Shown one piece after another: positions 16,746-29,495 of a stretch of 64,000 nt of DNA. A model generated the notes under the pieces. The model was not told where the DNA came from. It did not search any database and worked only from the letters and a program-made list of their open reading frames with translations. Every line of letters starts with the position of its first letter. The stretch's first letter is position 1. Source of the DNA: Zygnema circumcarinatum SAG 698-1b. Its lineage: Eukaryota; Plantae; Zygnematophyceae. The translations under genes and the position numbers were made by a program. Location of the stretch: positions 248,001-312,000 of the forward strand of contig CM074807.1 of NCBI GenBank assembly GCA_037447605.1, given 5' to 3'.

Positions 16746-17736
16746 GGGAAAGCTGCCACTTGAAGGCAGACATGCATTCGCAGGAATTAGGGTTTGAAGG
16801 GTTATACGCATTGGTCGTTATTATTGAGCACCCCACGTGCGATGTAGGGAAACCTAAGTGCAGGAGGTCTGGTAGAGTTTTTTTGGAACAGACAAAGATG
16901 ATATATGTTAACGGGGGACGGAATAAGTCAAAGGAAGGATGTAGGAGAGTTTGAAGGGCGGTAAGTGCTGGATAAAGCTCAATGTACTGTATGTTAGTCG
17001 AGTCGTTTAGGGTTTTAGGGTCTTGTAGGGTTAGAATTTTGCGATGTAGACAAGAGGAAGGAGGATATGTGGCATCCAAGCTTATCTTCTTTATGCATAG
17101 CCCCAAGTACGCGCCCGCAGAAAGCCATGGATGGATGATGGCATGGCCATGGATGGTACATCCGGTGTTACTTTTGAGATGGCTCGTCCCGCCAGTCATT
17201 GCCGTACGAGTGACATACAGCTTCAATCCCGGTAACGACAGCGTTTCCCGCCCGCTGAAGCGTGCTACGAGCTGCCGTACCGTACAATCCACTCTATCAT
17301 ACCGTACAATAAAGCAAGTCAACGCGATCGACCATTCATTACCCGGACGGCGTCATCATTCGGCCCAGCCATAATGATCGCCGGAACGACGACGCGGTCA
17401 ACGGCAAAAGGATCCCACTCGGGTGGTGCCCGTAGACGCTTGGGTGTGCACTGGGATCCGAAGTGGGTGCGCGGAGCACCCGTCCATACATCGGGCGGTG
17501 CCATTTTCTGCCGACGATGAGGTTCGAACCCTGCCCCACGGCGGCCTGATTTCGCAGGTGCGAGTCTCGTGCACTCGTAGTTCCAGGGTCACCATGCCTG
17601 CATCGACCAATCACAACGTGACACGTGAGCGTACTGACTACGTGACCGATTTTGATTGGCCCAGCTCGACTACAGGTTGCAAATGTTGGAGCAGGAGCAG
17701 GGACGTAGTGTTCGTCTCCTGCTCCGTTCGCCAGCC

Positions 17737-20700
17737 ATGGCTGCTGCCTCGTCCGCCTGCCAGCAGCCATGCCGCGCCCTCCTGCAAGCCGTGCCTCTCT
17801 CAGAACTCGCCGCAAGCTCGCTCAATGGAGAATCTATAAATAGGCGCCTCTCTCCGTACCCGCTGCTTGTTGCCAATGTTTCAGCTGTGCGGGCTCTGAG
17901 TGTTAGGGATGCAGTCAGAGGAACGGCGAAGCAGAGGTGCTGGAGGACTTTTGCAGGGAGTGATGGTGGAGAAAATGCGGTAATGAAACCAGGGAAACAC
18001 ACGATTGTTTCTGTTTTTTTTTTTTTTCTTCTCTCTCCCGACTGTTGCTGTTTTTTGTGACACAAAAGTGAAGCGAGAGAAGCCATTTAGAACCTGTTCT
18101 TAATGTCACGGATCGGGTTGAAGTGCTAAGCTTCAGAAGGAAGAACTTGAGAATAACCTTTTTTCACCGCACTGCTCATGCTGTCGAACTCCGAGGCCGC
18201 GTTGCAGATGTTACTGGTTTCCTCCAACAGTTTGCATTCAATATTTTTGACATTAAATCGAAATGCATTGCATTTTATTCGCCACACTTCCTTTCTTAAA
18301 TGGTACATTTGTGTTTATCCTTTGCGAGCACCGCCCGGCACTCACTTACAAATAGTGCGCAAGCTTTTGTGCATTAACTTTACTGCACGAACATGTTTGA
18401 CATTTTGATGTGGTGACATCTCATCGGAAGTATGACATTAGCTAAAGCTCTATCAACATTTGGCATGGATTACTTTCAGCCGACTAAAGACTCTACCGTG
18501 AAGTTTAGAGTTCAGACTATCGGCGTACCCCGAATGCTGAAATGCCGTGGACTCACAAATTCTCTCCCATTGTTTCCGGCTTGCATGGCTGTGCCTTTTC
18601 ACACCATCCTTGGGGTCACTATTTTGTTCGCAACGAGTACTCATGATTGAATGATCGTATTTGTCTTTCTCGCATCATAGGAGGCACTCCAGCAATCTGA
18701 TCCCGATGATCAGTCGAAGGAGGATCTTGCAGCCAAGGTGAATAGAGCTGGCCACAAGCGGTGTACCACGGTCGGTTAGTCATTGCATTCTCAGGCACTT
18801 GTTGAAGACGCAGAATACAATGTGGTGCGTTCAGCACATGGAAGTTGAAATTTATGTGTTGGACGCCTATGAAAATGAACCATGGCTGAATTCTTTCATG
18901 AGTTTTATCTTCAAGTCGGCCGGTTTGACTTCACTTTCAAATTAAAGTTGCATGATGGGCATGTCTTCATCTCATCCTGTAAGAGTCATCGTTGGCTATT
19001 TCCCAACGATATCCAGCAACTGATGAAGGGGGTGAGCATCTTTTAATCGTGTTTGACACCTTCCGCCCTCTCCTACACTGCGACTAGCTGGCAGCAGCGG
19101 AAGCAGAGGCTGAGGCGCTTAGGAGGGAACTTGCAGTCCGGCGAGCAGAGAAGATAGGAGACTTGTCGAAACTCAAACCAACTTCACCTCCGAAACGCAT
19201 TGATGGAACTGGCTTCCGAGAAACGGTTCTTGGTAGCAAGGGAGGAACAGGTGAATGATCATAAAGTATCCCTTTTGATCCTCGACTATACAACACATCC
19301 TATTGCTTGAATCTACTTTGGCGGCTGGCTAGTACCTTCCCCCCTCTTTCGCTCTCCTTTCCCCTACCGCATGACTCCTATCAGTTCTCTTTGCTCGAAT
19401 CTTCGTGTGCTCATTTCTCTCTCTCCTCCATTCCTCACGCTTGACGCACTTTTGGGTAGGTTCTTTTGCAGAAAAAATGTCTTGAAGATTTCTTACGAGG
19501 TTGTGTCGCGTACTCTTTCAGGGACTCCGGCACAGGAAATGTCAAAATGGGGTCTTTCTGAGGCGGACCTTTTGGTCGCAAAGAAAGGCATCTCTGAGAC
19601 AAGCTTTCAAGAGCCGGCTTTGGAAGAAGGAGCAGAAAACGTTGTCACTCGACGCCTTCTTATTGGAATAGGGCTTACAGCAGTCACCCTTGCCCTCGCC
19701 TTCGTAAGTCAATCTGCAAAGCAGCGTGTTTTCCAGTTTTAGTATACCTTCAATTCAGTAAGGTCAAACAGGACTCTTTAGCCCCTTCCTCCCCACTTTC
19801 CTCCTTTTTCCATTGTGTTTCGAGAAACCTGGAATAGTTTGTAATTTTCATGCATATATAACAATTTTCGTACTTGTCTATATCTGAAATCAGGTGAAAC
19901 TTCCTACACAGATCAGCAAGCCTTCAAAACCCCTTTTCTTCTACCTTGTTTCGCTTGTCAAGCTTCAAGAAACCCTCACTTTACTTTCAAAGGAGGACGC
20001 GCCTGAAGGTGTTTGGTGCTCCTGACCTTCTTTGATTACACTTCGCTCATTCATAAAGTAGAAATCTCTGTGTGCTTAACAAATTAGCGGTGTTCGAGTG
20101 AATCCGAACTTACTTCGTATGGCATCATATAGACCAGAAGTAACTCGAGCACATAGGAAAAGTGGGAGAATCACGTGGGATCACTGGTCACCTATGTAGG
20201 CAGTTCCCCCACTATTGAACAAGAGCTGGCTACATTTTGCAGATGTGAATTCGATCACAAAGCAGATTCGGAGTGTCGGTGGTTCTTCAGCAGATCTCAG
20301 GAGCAACCTTCTGAGGTAAAGATGACTTCCTTGGGCTGCTATTTGCACACATTCCACTTTGACCCGATATCAAAGCATATGAAGACCACTTTCTGTGTGT
20401 TTTCTGATTATGATCAATGTCTGGGTGAGGTGGAGATATCTGCAGTGCAGCTACTCTATATGAAGATTCGAAAGTGGATTCTGCTACCAGCTTGGCATTC
20501 GAAATTCTGGAGTACTTGGACCAGGTAAGGAGAGGACATATCGCCCATTTTGCCATTAGCTGCCAAAAGAAATGTTGAGTAAGTACTCCCTTACTGGGTC
20601 AAGAGGGTTTCACCATTGCTCCCCCAAGTACAGTCAAAAGCCGTAGCTCAAGACTGGCAACAAGCAAGCAAAACGGTAATGTTGCATTAGTTTCTTGACC

Positions 20701-21578
20701 GCGTTTGTGCTGCCAGCAGCTGCGATAACGTTTTTAGGACAAATTGCTTTGGGTGATGCACAGGCGGATTATTCTAGATACTTTGAAAACAGGGGAAAAC
20801 CCTCTGCCACTCAACAGTAAGCTGCAATTCTCCAATTCGCTGGTCTTTCCTGCTAATTCATGTCCATAAAAAGAGGTTGGGCGGAGTGATTATTGCCATA
20901 AACTACCAGCAAATCTATAAATCAGCAAGTCTGTATTCTTTAAACACTGATGCATCACATGCTGTTAAATGTACTCTCACTTCAATGCAGCAACACTAGA
21001 TTTGGAGAAAATACTGTCAATAGATTTAGCTGCTGGCTGAGAGTGTCCAAGATTTGTGTGATTTATGGAAATGGAGTGGAACTGTCTTTTTCTCAGGACG
21101 GAGTTTGTCAAATTCAGCTTGGATTCGGTGAAGGTGTGCATTGCTTCCTCCCTCCTTTATGCATGTTTGAGAAGCTTCAAAGAGCTTGTGCCAAGCCTGG
21201 GTACAGCCTGACTCGTGCATGTCATACATCTCACCTCCTGCATGTCCCGCATGTCATACATCTCGCAAATGCCATACAGCTCATGCATGCCGCACATGTG
21301 ATTATCATAACAGAGATAGTTTTAATAGGCCCAGAAACATCTCAGGCTCAGCTTTTATTGGAGGTAACAAGAATCAGAAAGTGGTTGGCGGATATAATTA
21401 TCTCATTGTCCTGCTGAACTGTAAACTGAAGGGGGAAGTTGTCATGGAACTGTTTTCCTTACAGGCTGCTTCGGCAAAGCTGAAGGCTTTCTTGGCCATG
21501 GCGCCTCCAGAAGTGCTGGAAGCTGCAAACCTCCAACTCACTGCGCGGTTTGAAAGTGGAACTGTCGCAGTGGAATAA
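17737..21578 (+). CDS. Uncharacterised, probably plastid-targeted protein with one TM helix and a C-terminal helical (PsbQ-like?) domain
   Basis: Phase-compatible exons: MAAASSACQQ...RCWRTFAGSDGGENA (transit-like, to 17979); EALQQSDPDDQSKEDLAAK; LAAAEAEAEALRRELA...RIDGTGFRETVL; SKWGLSEAD...VVTRRLLIGIGLTAVTLALAF (TM); VKLPT..PSKPLFFYLVSLV; IRSVGGSSADLRSNLLR; LAFEILEYLDQ; ADYSRYFE; FSLDSVK; AASAKLKAFLAMAPPEVLEAA...E*. The PsbQ-like call is impressionistic. Confidence 0.65.
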
Positions 21579-22364
21579 AGTATGGAGCGAGGTATATAGT
21601 GCGAACACTTCAGGCCAGCCGGAAAGTGTGGGCATTTTCCATCTCGATTTATTTACACCAAGATCGCTAAGTTATGGAGGTTCTTCGCTTTCGGAGGTGC
21701 AGAGCTTCGAGAAAATTTAAGGGTAATCACTGTCGCACACTCTCTCTCTCGTGAATGCTGCTTGCGAGGGAGTTAGTTTAGACTGCGTAGTCTAATTCTT
21801 TATGAGAAGGATATGCTTGCTCATTTTTGGCCGATCTTAGGGTTCAATGGCGCCGTTTTTTCAGAAGGATGAGTTAGGGTTCCTTTGCTGGCTACTTGAG
21901 GTTGGTCATTGAGAACGGGAGCTGTTGAACTGCATCGAAGTTCTGACGTGTACAGATTGCACACAGTTTTTTTAAGATTTCATGACTTTGATCGCATGAG
22001 TTCATTTTTTTCTGACTAGTGTAGAGATAACAAAAGTTTCATGAAAAACAAACGATTTATCAAAATCCGTTTTATCAACATTCCTCAAAATTTAGTCAAC
22101 CCTAATGCAGATCGTATGAAATGTAATCTCAGTCTAAGCTTATGCATGTGCAAAACGATCCTCCCATTTAGAGAGAGCCACCTGAATTCTTCGTGGTTTC
22201 TAACTTCGCACGCAGCGACAATGACACGGATGGCCGCATCCCGCGCAGTCCCCATGGGTTGGGTTGCTAGGTGGAACGGATGGTCAAAAAAAGGGTGCTC
22301 TTGTTTAAATAAGGGGAGAGATTGGGGGTTCACATCTTGAGAAGGTCCGAACAGATGTGGACAT

Positions 22365-25300
22365 TTAGAGGGGAGTAAGACCCACAACGCCTGCCAGAGA
22401 GACCGTTCCATGCATAGGTCAGTTGTGAGGTGTGGCATTATGTAAAGAAGATGGACTGGCAATCATGTGGCATGTGCAGCACCTTGAAGGGGGAGTGGGG
22501 GAGGGGAGGGAGGGAGGGAGAGGGGGGAGAGGAGAGGGAAAAAGGGAGAGGCATACCGCAAGCAAGACGGCCACCAGCGTTGCCAGTTGTGGGGCTGAGC
22601 TCATGACCACCTGTACAACCACGCAATCGAGCCGCAACTATTAGACTGCTTCCAGAAAGTGCTCTCTCACTCGCTCTCCCCTTCTCCCCATATCCCTCTA
22701 TCTTTCCACCTTTTCTTGTAACATGTCACGAGAGCTACATACCCTTTCCAAGGTCATCCTCAAGCTCGTGAATCACGAAAGCGCGGCCCACCACGGAGTT
22801 GACTCCAGACAAGGGGATCTGCACACAAGACAGAATGGCACGCACAAATGAGATTCCACTTGAGCAAAAAGGTCACCGTAGATTCCAGATGAAGCTGAAT
22901 CGGAATATCGTCAGCTCTGACTTCAGACTGACCTGTGAGTCCACAATTTCTGCCTCAACGACACCTGCAACAAATGAACCACAACCAGTCATTATCAGTA
23001 GCAGGACGTGCCCAGTTCAGGAAAGTTGATCATGCTTTATCATGTGAACATTAGTGAGGAAAACATCTACATGCTATTGACAAACCAAAAGGCTGTTGCT
23101 CAAATGATTGGCAGGATAACTCAGTCCTATACCACTTCGAGAGGCATTTGTATCCAAGGTGGGACTGCTGCCACACCATTCATCCACTTGACAAGCAGAA
23201 CATAAGAATTAAGAAGCGCTCAAGCGTGGTAAGCCCATTAACGCTAAAACCAGTAGAAATCCTAATGAAAAACGCACCACTTTCGTTGGCCACCACGTTG
23301 CCCAAATCGCCAGCATGGCGCACCTCATCCCCGGGAGCACCATGAGTCAATCCATTGGGATTGAAATGAGGTCCTGCATTTCAAGCACAAATGAAAATAA
23401 GCAGCTTCTATACAGGATCCCATGTCAGGGCTTTTAAACCCTCTAATTCCCACCCTTCTCTCCAATACTGTCTGTACCTTGATAAACTCGTGAAAGATAA
23501 ATGTGTATTCGGAGGTCTAATCATTGCTGAAGGAAGAAAGGGTCAGCATTTCTAATACAGCTTGGACACAGAATGTACCAGTCGAGATGCAGCCGTTGGT
23601 GGTATCCCCAAATTGATGCTGAAGAAGACATAATAAATCGGGCAAAAAGTCAATCCGAAGAAGAAAGAATGGCGAAAACGGGCAGACATACAGAAATATT
23701 AAGATCCCTTGGTCATCCCCTTAATGGCCAGCCTAACCTTTGGATGTCACGCAGTAAACTAGAGGAACTATGAACTATTGAGCATTAGCTTCGGAAATTA
23801 AACACTATACCAAATGGTTTCACAGAGCTAGAACAAACCGAGAGAATCACCTATTTGGAAAAGCAGCATGTGAACCATTATACAGCAAAAAGGAGTAAGC
23901 CGGCGGTTAATAGTAGCTGTGATTTTACCAGATGGAATCCATGATTGCCGGGAGCAAGTCCAGAGATCTTCACGGACACCTTTGTAGGGCCTGCATTTTG
24001 GTAAAGCTATATCGTCAGACGACAGTATTTCAAATGTAACACATTACACTTCCTGAAACTGTGGGAGGCTTCAATGCTTCATCAAAATGATGGACACTAG
24101 TTGCTAATGTACAACTTTCGTCTCATAAGTGCTGATGCTACACGTACACTGCGCTCAAGGAAAGAAAGACTGGGGTAGTCTGCGTAAAAAGGAAGACTTC
24201 TTAAACACGCATAACACTTGAGATGCATGCAACCCACTCTCGAACAAGGCATTCACTGCAAATAGTAGGATAAAATTACACCAATGAGAAGAAGCTCGGA
24301 TATTGTACGTTTGCATGCATTAGAATCAACTCATGATACGGTAAAATTGGCATGATAGACGAGCTGATCAATTCTTAACACATTTTGTGCCCAGCTAGGA
24401 GGGCCGGAGAAACCGACCATCATCTTCTTGCAATAGAGTAACGACTCCCTCGACTCCCGCAGTTCCTTTCAGTACGGCGACAGCCTTCTTGGTCTCAGCA
24501 AAAACCTGCGATGGAGATTGGTGCAGACACGAAACCTATCAGAATCGCCTAAGACTGTACCAATACAAAAATAAACAAACGACAGGAATGACCAACTTCA
24601 ATAAGTTACAAATACGTTGAAGGATCTTGAACCAGAGGAAACAAAAGGAAGAAAAACGGGAGCCAATAGCTGTGCCCACGGAAACTTGCAATATTCTTTC
24701 ATTCAAACTCAGCCGTACAAACACGCAGCTACTGTCATTGAGGTTGTCGTCAAATAAATAAAAAATCAATAATATTTTCAGGTCAGTTATGAAGAATGCA
24801 AAGGGTCTGAAACATCTGAAGCAGGAAAGAACTCAAATAAACAATGCTCGTATCTCATCATAATAGCCACATTGATCAGGTCTTGCATGAAAACAGCCCG
24901 CAATACTAGCCTAAAAAACAATCTTTTTTTCTCTATCCCCTCTTCATCCTCTTTTCCCGCTCCCTCTTCCGTCTCCCTCATTCATCTCGACATAACTTCG
25001 CCTTCCTCTTCTGCAACACCCGTTGCAAATGATCTTCACTACTCACATCACGTATACAAAACAACAGTAGCTAATCCACTGACTGCTCCAAATCCTTTTC
25101 AAACCCGCTCCCATTGACACTTGTTTGGACTCAATCTTTCAGTATAAGTCTGAAAGAAAAAACATGGAAGTCAATGATTCAATATTCACAAAAAAACAGT
25201 TTGCAATATGACCTGGAAAGCAGCCTTCTTGACGACTACAGCGGGTGCGCTCATGCGCAGAACCCTGCCATTGAAAGCGCTCTCAAAGCGGGAGGCTCCT

Positions 25301-25368
25301 GCGAAGGAGGACTTAGCAGCTGCAGCAGACGCTGTCACTGAGGGGAAGGCGCAGATGGTGGCAGCCAT
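22365..25368 (-). CDS. CSD2: Chloroplastic Cu/Zn superoxide dismutase (9 exons)
   Basis: Transit exon 25368-25213 ([22 protein letters not shown]...), then 24505-24418 ([11 protein letters not shown]), 23990-23929 (NHGFHL), 23618-23579 ([10 protein letters not shown]), 23373-23278 ([14 protein letters not shown]), 22964-22933, 22818-22743 ([16 protein letters not shown]), 22610-22557 ([17 protein letters not shown]), 22390-22365 (VVGLTPL*). The sequence is typical of plastid CSD. Confidence 0.95.
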
Positions 25369-26810
25369 GGCGGCGGAGGAGCTTGGGCTTGAGCTTGAGG
25401 GTGGGAGAACTGCGGAAGAGATAAGAGAGCGTCGGAAGGAGAAGTGACAGAAAAAGTCGCCCCTTCAAGAGTGTGAGCTTCTCCTAAAATTTATTTTTGG
25501 TTGCCCGTACAAAAACAAATAACCATTCTGGTCCTTTGGATTCTTCGGGCAGATCGCTGAAAGTTTTTCAGAAATGAATCTGGGCAGTGAATATACTTTG
25601 GACGATCTGGTTCATTGCTTTACACTACACCTGTGTTGGAGACATATGAGTGGCGGGCAGCTTTTACGAAATAAGTTTGCGGTGAATGTGCGACTTTTTC
25701 TTGCTGCCCAAACTACAAAAAAAATGTCTCCATTTCATGGTAAAAAAAAAAAAATCAATAAACTAACAGGCGAGAAGAGCCTGGATCCGGACTTCTATGA
25801 CATAGCTTCCCGTTCCCAGTTCCAGAACTACAATTTTCACATTTTTACTTTTCCTGTGATGGCTGTTGATTTGTTTTAGTTTGCCCGTTAATCTTCCGAA
25901 TGACGGAACGCTAGGTTTAGTTCTATGACCAGTTACAAATTACAGTAAAATTCAATAACACGCAGTTCTCTGTATCAAACTTCAGCTGTGAATTAGTCAA
26001 TGGGAAATTGCCATGTATGCAACTTTGAAACGTGGCATGTTTTCATTGGAGGATGCTCGCGTCCTATGCAGTTCCGAACGGAGGCCGCCGTAAATGGCGG
26101 TCTGCTGAGGGCACCGAAAGGGGATCGTCCTGAAGGCGGGACTGACTGGGAGAGAGGACGGAGTGCAGGGGACCTCGGAGAGACAAAGAGCACTTTCAAT
26201 TGCCCTTCTATCCCTCTCTATCTCGCTTCTTTCCTCTCCCTCTGCTTCCCCTCTCCTGCTCTCCCTCTACCCCAGCTTCCCGTCCCACTCTCTCCCTCCT
26301 CTCTCTCTGCCCCCCGTCTGCATCTGCTCGTCCTCCTCTCCCTCTGCTCCCCCTCTTCCTCAGTTCCCCCGCTCGCTCTGCTCCACCTCTTCCTCGGCCC
26401 CCCTCTCCCCTGCTCCTCGTCTCCCGCTGCTGCTCCCCCTTTCCTCCTCGTCCTCCGCGCCCCCTCTTCCTCTTGCAAAATGCTTATTCCAGGGACGCCG
26501 TAATGATCGAGAGGGAGATGTCTTTCTTGCAGTAGTTATTGAGAGAGTTGAGGTTTGGTGACAGTCTTCAGTTTGCAGGATAGCAGTGGAGAGTATCCGG
26601 GGGTGCGATTATTCTTGAATGCTGCCGATTAGGTCTCCTTGGCTGCAGCATGGCTGCAATTGGAGATTTTAGTTTTTCCGTTGGATAATGTGATGCTTTA
26701 GCTCTGCTGGATGGCTTACTGTGGACGAAATCAATTTGTTTTACATTGCTCTTAGCGCTGTTCTGTTCACAGAGGATCCGACGCTCTTAAAGGACTTACA
26801 TTAGCAAGAT

Positions 26811-27446
26811 ATGGCGGGAACATCGAGAGAATCGAATTTAGGTCTAGTGGTATTTGAGAAGGTGCCTAATGCAGACTCGAAGGATAAAACGAGGGAGTGC
26901 GGAGAGGACGCCGGAGGTTTTATGGCCTTGTTGCATGGAGAGGAGGTCAGTCGCGCTGAGGAATTCAGCAGGAAGATGGCGGAGCAGAGAAGGAAAGCTA
27001 CGGAAAGACAGCGGAGATATCGAGCGAAGCGGAGAGAGGAGCTGTTGAAAGAAGCAGGAGCATCTGGGTCGGCTTTGTTAAGCCAGTCGGAATTAGAGAA
27101 AAGGAGGAAGGCCACAGAAAGGCAGCGCCGCCATCGAGCAAACAAAAAAGCGGAGGCAGAAGCGGCAAAGAAGATGTTGGAGGCGCAACAAACGCTGGGC
27201 CATGTGCATTCTCAGGGAGCTAGTCTTGAAATTGGCGGAAAACCACGAGATATGTTTGAGATTGGAAATGAGGGAAGCAATAACCTGGAGCATGATACTT
27301 TGTTGGAGCATATTCGAGAAGTGGGAGGCACTTTGATTCAGATTCATAGAAGGCCAAGAGGACAATTGGTTTTGCCTCACCAGGTTCGCCATAGCTATAG
27401 AAGGGAAGATATGCAGCACTCCCCTCAACATGATAACCTTAATTAG
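26811..27446 (+). CDS. Unknown basic protein, paralog A (two RRKxTERQRRxR motifs)
   Basis: 211-aa ORF preceded by a likely splice acceptor (CACAG ~26770); clear paralog at 31090-31728. Confidence 0.75.
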   Translation: MAGTSRESNLGLVVFEKVPNADSKDKTRECGEDAGGFMALLHGEEVSRAEEFSRKMAEQRRKATERQRRYRAKRREELLKEAGASGSALLSQSELEKRRKATERQRRHRANKKAEAEAAKKMLEAQQTLGHVHSQGASLEIGGKPRDMFEIGNEGSNNLEHDTLLEHIREVGGTLIQIHRRPRGQLVLPHQVRHSYRREDMQHSPQHDNLN

Positions 27447-28831
27447 TAAATGGACAATGGAGCTGGCTCAAGGAAGTGGGCTATGCTGCCTCCACTGTTC
27501 CAGCGATTGAAGGCAAGCTCAATATCTTACAATCGCGAATGAACACTTGTTCGGTGACAAACATCTCTCTGTTTTATATGAGAACTTTGAACCTTAGAGC
27601 GGATGGGGGAGCGGATGGGGGAGGTGACGTTTACTGGACATAGTCTCCTATGGTTGGCTCTTCGACGGAAGCTGGATGGCTTGTCATTCCTGATGGTGCC
27701 TGCTCGAACTCGTTGCGAGTACTAATGTACGTTTTTGTGCTCCCAATATGATTAGCTGGTAGGTGTCTTGAAGTCTAGCACTTATGTGTTAGTACTGTTC
27801 ATTCAGACCAAAATGATTGCTATTATGTACTAAAATTTTGCAATCAAGGGCTATAACAGTTTTGTCCGCATATTCGAATAGGTTGGTGTGTTCTTATTGT
27901 GAGCAGGGTGAGCCAGGCTGCTGGGTAGACAGACAGCTTAAAAGGTTCCCCTGAAACGGATGTATTCCTAGCCAGTTTGACAAGCTTTCTGTTCCAGACT
28001 TAGAGAATTGAGTTGCCTATCTCTCTTCTGACAAATCTGATGCCTTCATTCTTGCAGGCGCCCAGGCTTCTGCAACTTACGCTTTGGAAGCAAGGCAGGA
28101 GGTCCTCAGTCTTTATGGGACTCGAGCCATCATTCATACTGGCAGTCGATGTACAGATTAGCTTCTTCAAAGGGGTTATAGATGTTGCTGTGGAGATAGT
28201 CCTGAAGGCTGCCGCTTCGCAGCCTTATTACAGGACACCACCCCTCTGCAGTTTGATTTAGGGTAGGTTTCTTAACACTGTGCTTTGACTAGTCATCGAA
28301 TGTGTAAGAAGCGCTGATGAATGAGGCAGCGAAAATAAATTAGCAGCGGAAGGAGGTGAGAGCTGTGCTTCTCCGCATTCTCTCCGCGCTCAGTGATGGC
28401 ATGCAATCAATCAAGCCTTCACTGTGTAGTTAGTTTCTGTAACCATCGCAGTGGACCACTGTTCATGTAGCTAACTGCTAACTGAGATTCTTTTGTACTT
28501 TGTCTCAAGAGATGCCTTTCATTCACCTCCAATTCCTGCCTTTGTTCAGTAACACATGGCCTTCCATTGAATTCTTCTTCTCGGCCAAGTGTGGTCATGT
28601 ACGGTATTGTACGATAGTGTACGGTACTGTACGGTGCATATGGCTAAATAAGGTGCATGAGCAGTTAGCCATCTAGCCAACCAGCAACCATCTAGCTTAG
28701 TCATTCGTTGACTAAAAACTTAGCACCTTATGGTCAACCATTCTCCATATCCGTACATTCGTACACCGCGGCATTTCCGGGCTTTGTCCGTACACTTTCC
28801 CGTGGCGCGGACACGTGGCGTGCATCCATTA

Positions 28832-29030
28832 GGGGGAGTCAGACCTTGACCATCGCAAAATCAATTTCGTAAGCCTGTCGGGCGAATTAAGCATTGGCAG
28901 GTACGCATTTCGGTACGGCTGGGTACGGCGGAGCCGCGGATCCCGACCCGGAATTCGTACACGAAAGAAGTGATTTTTAGTAGAAGGAATTCGGGAATTT
29001 CGTAAGCGATGGTCAAGGTCTGACTCCCCC
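28832..29030. mobile_element. MITE, 199 bp, perfect 25-bp TIRs, TA on both flanks
   Basis: GGGGGAGTCAGACCTTGACCATCGC (28832-28856) and GCGATGGTCAAGGTCTGACTCCCCC (29006-29030) are exact reverse complements; TA at 28830-28831 and 29031-29032. No ORF inside. Confidence 0.85.
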
Positions 29031-29243
29031 TATTGGTGCAGCTCTCGTCCGTACAGAAGGCCCCGTTCCCGCGGCGCGATCCGAAAAGCGACCGCACCTA
29101 CTCGAGCGGCCCGCAGTCCCGTCAAGCGGGCAGGAGGGTAGGACCAGAAAAGCAATAAGAAAATTTAAATGGAGAGACACATTTGAAAAAGTTTACAGAC
29201 GGGCACACTTGAAAACGGGAAGGAAACTTTTCCTGACCGCGTT

Positions 29244-29495
29244 TGGTTGGACAGGTCCGACGATTACAAAAAAATTATTTCTGTCAATGGTTGGCCAGCC
29301 AACGGTTCAAACAAACGCAATGGTTGGCTATGGGAGCCAGTAAACGGTTTGAGCCATTGCCAATGGTTGGCACCATCGCTGGGAAGAAATGTTTCCTTCC
29401 ATTGGCAACTGGTGGGCAACCATTGGCTTACCAATTGTTTGAACCGTCGCCAATGGTTGCCAACCATTACAATGGTTGATCCAATGGTACGACCT
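29244..29495. repeat. AATGGTTG/CAACCATT motif array
   Basis: Multiple CAATGGTTG and CAACCATT copies in both orientations; the same family occurs at 57290-57400, 58801-59140 and 62530-62745. Confidence 0.8.

Noticed and set aside
17005-17036. Degenerate TTTAGGG-like units downstream of ACK
   Set aside because: Only 3-4 imperfect units; telo-box-like words are common throughout.
23278-23373. miR398 target site in the HAGDLG codons of either SOD
   Set aside because: Too many mismatches to the remembered Arabidopsis site, and no evidence of miR398 in this lineage.
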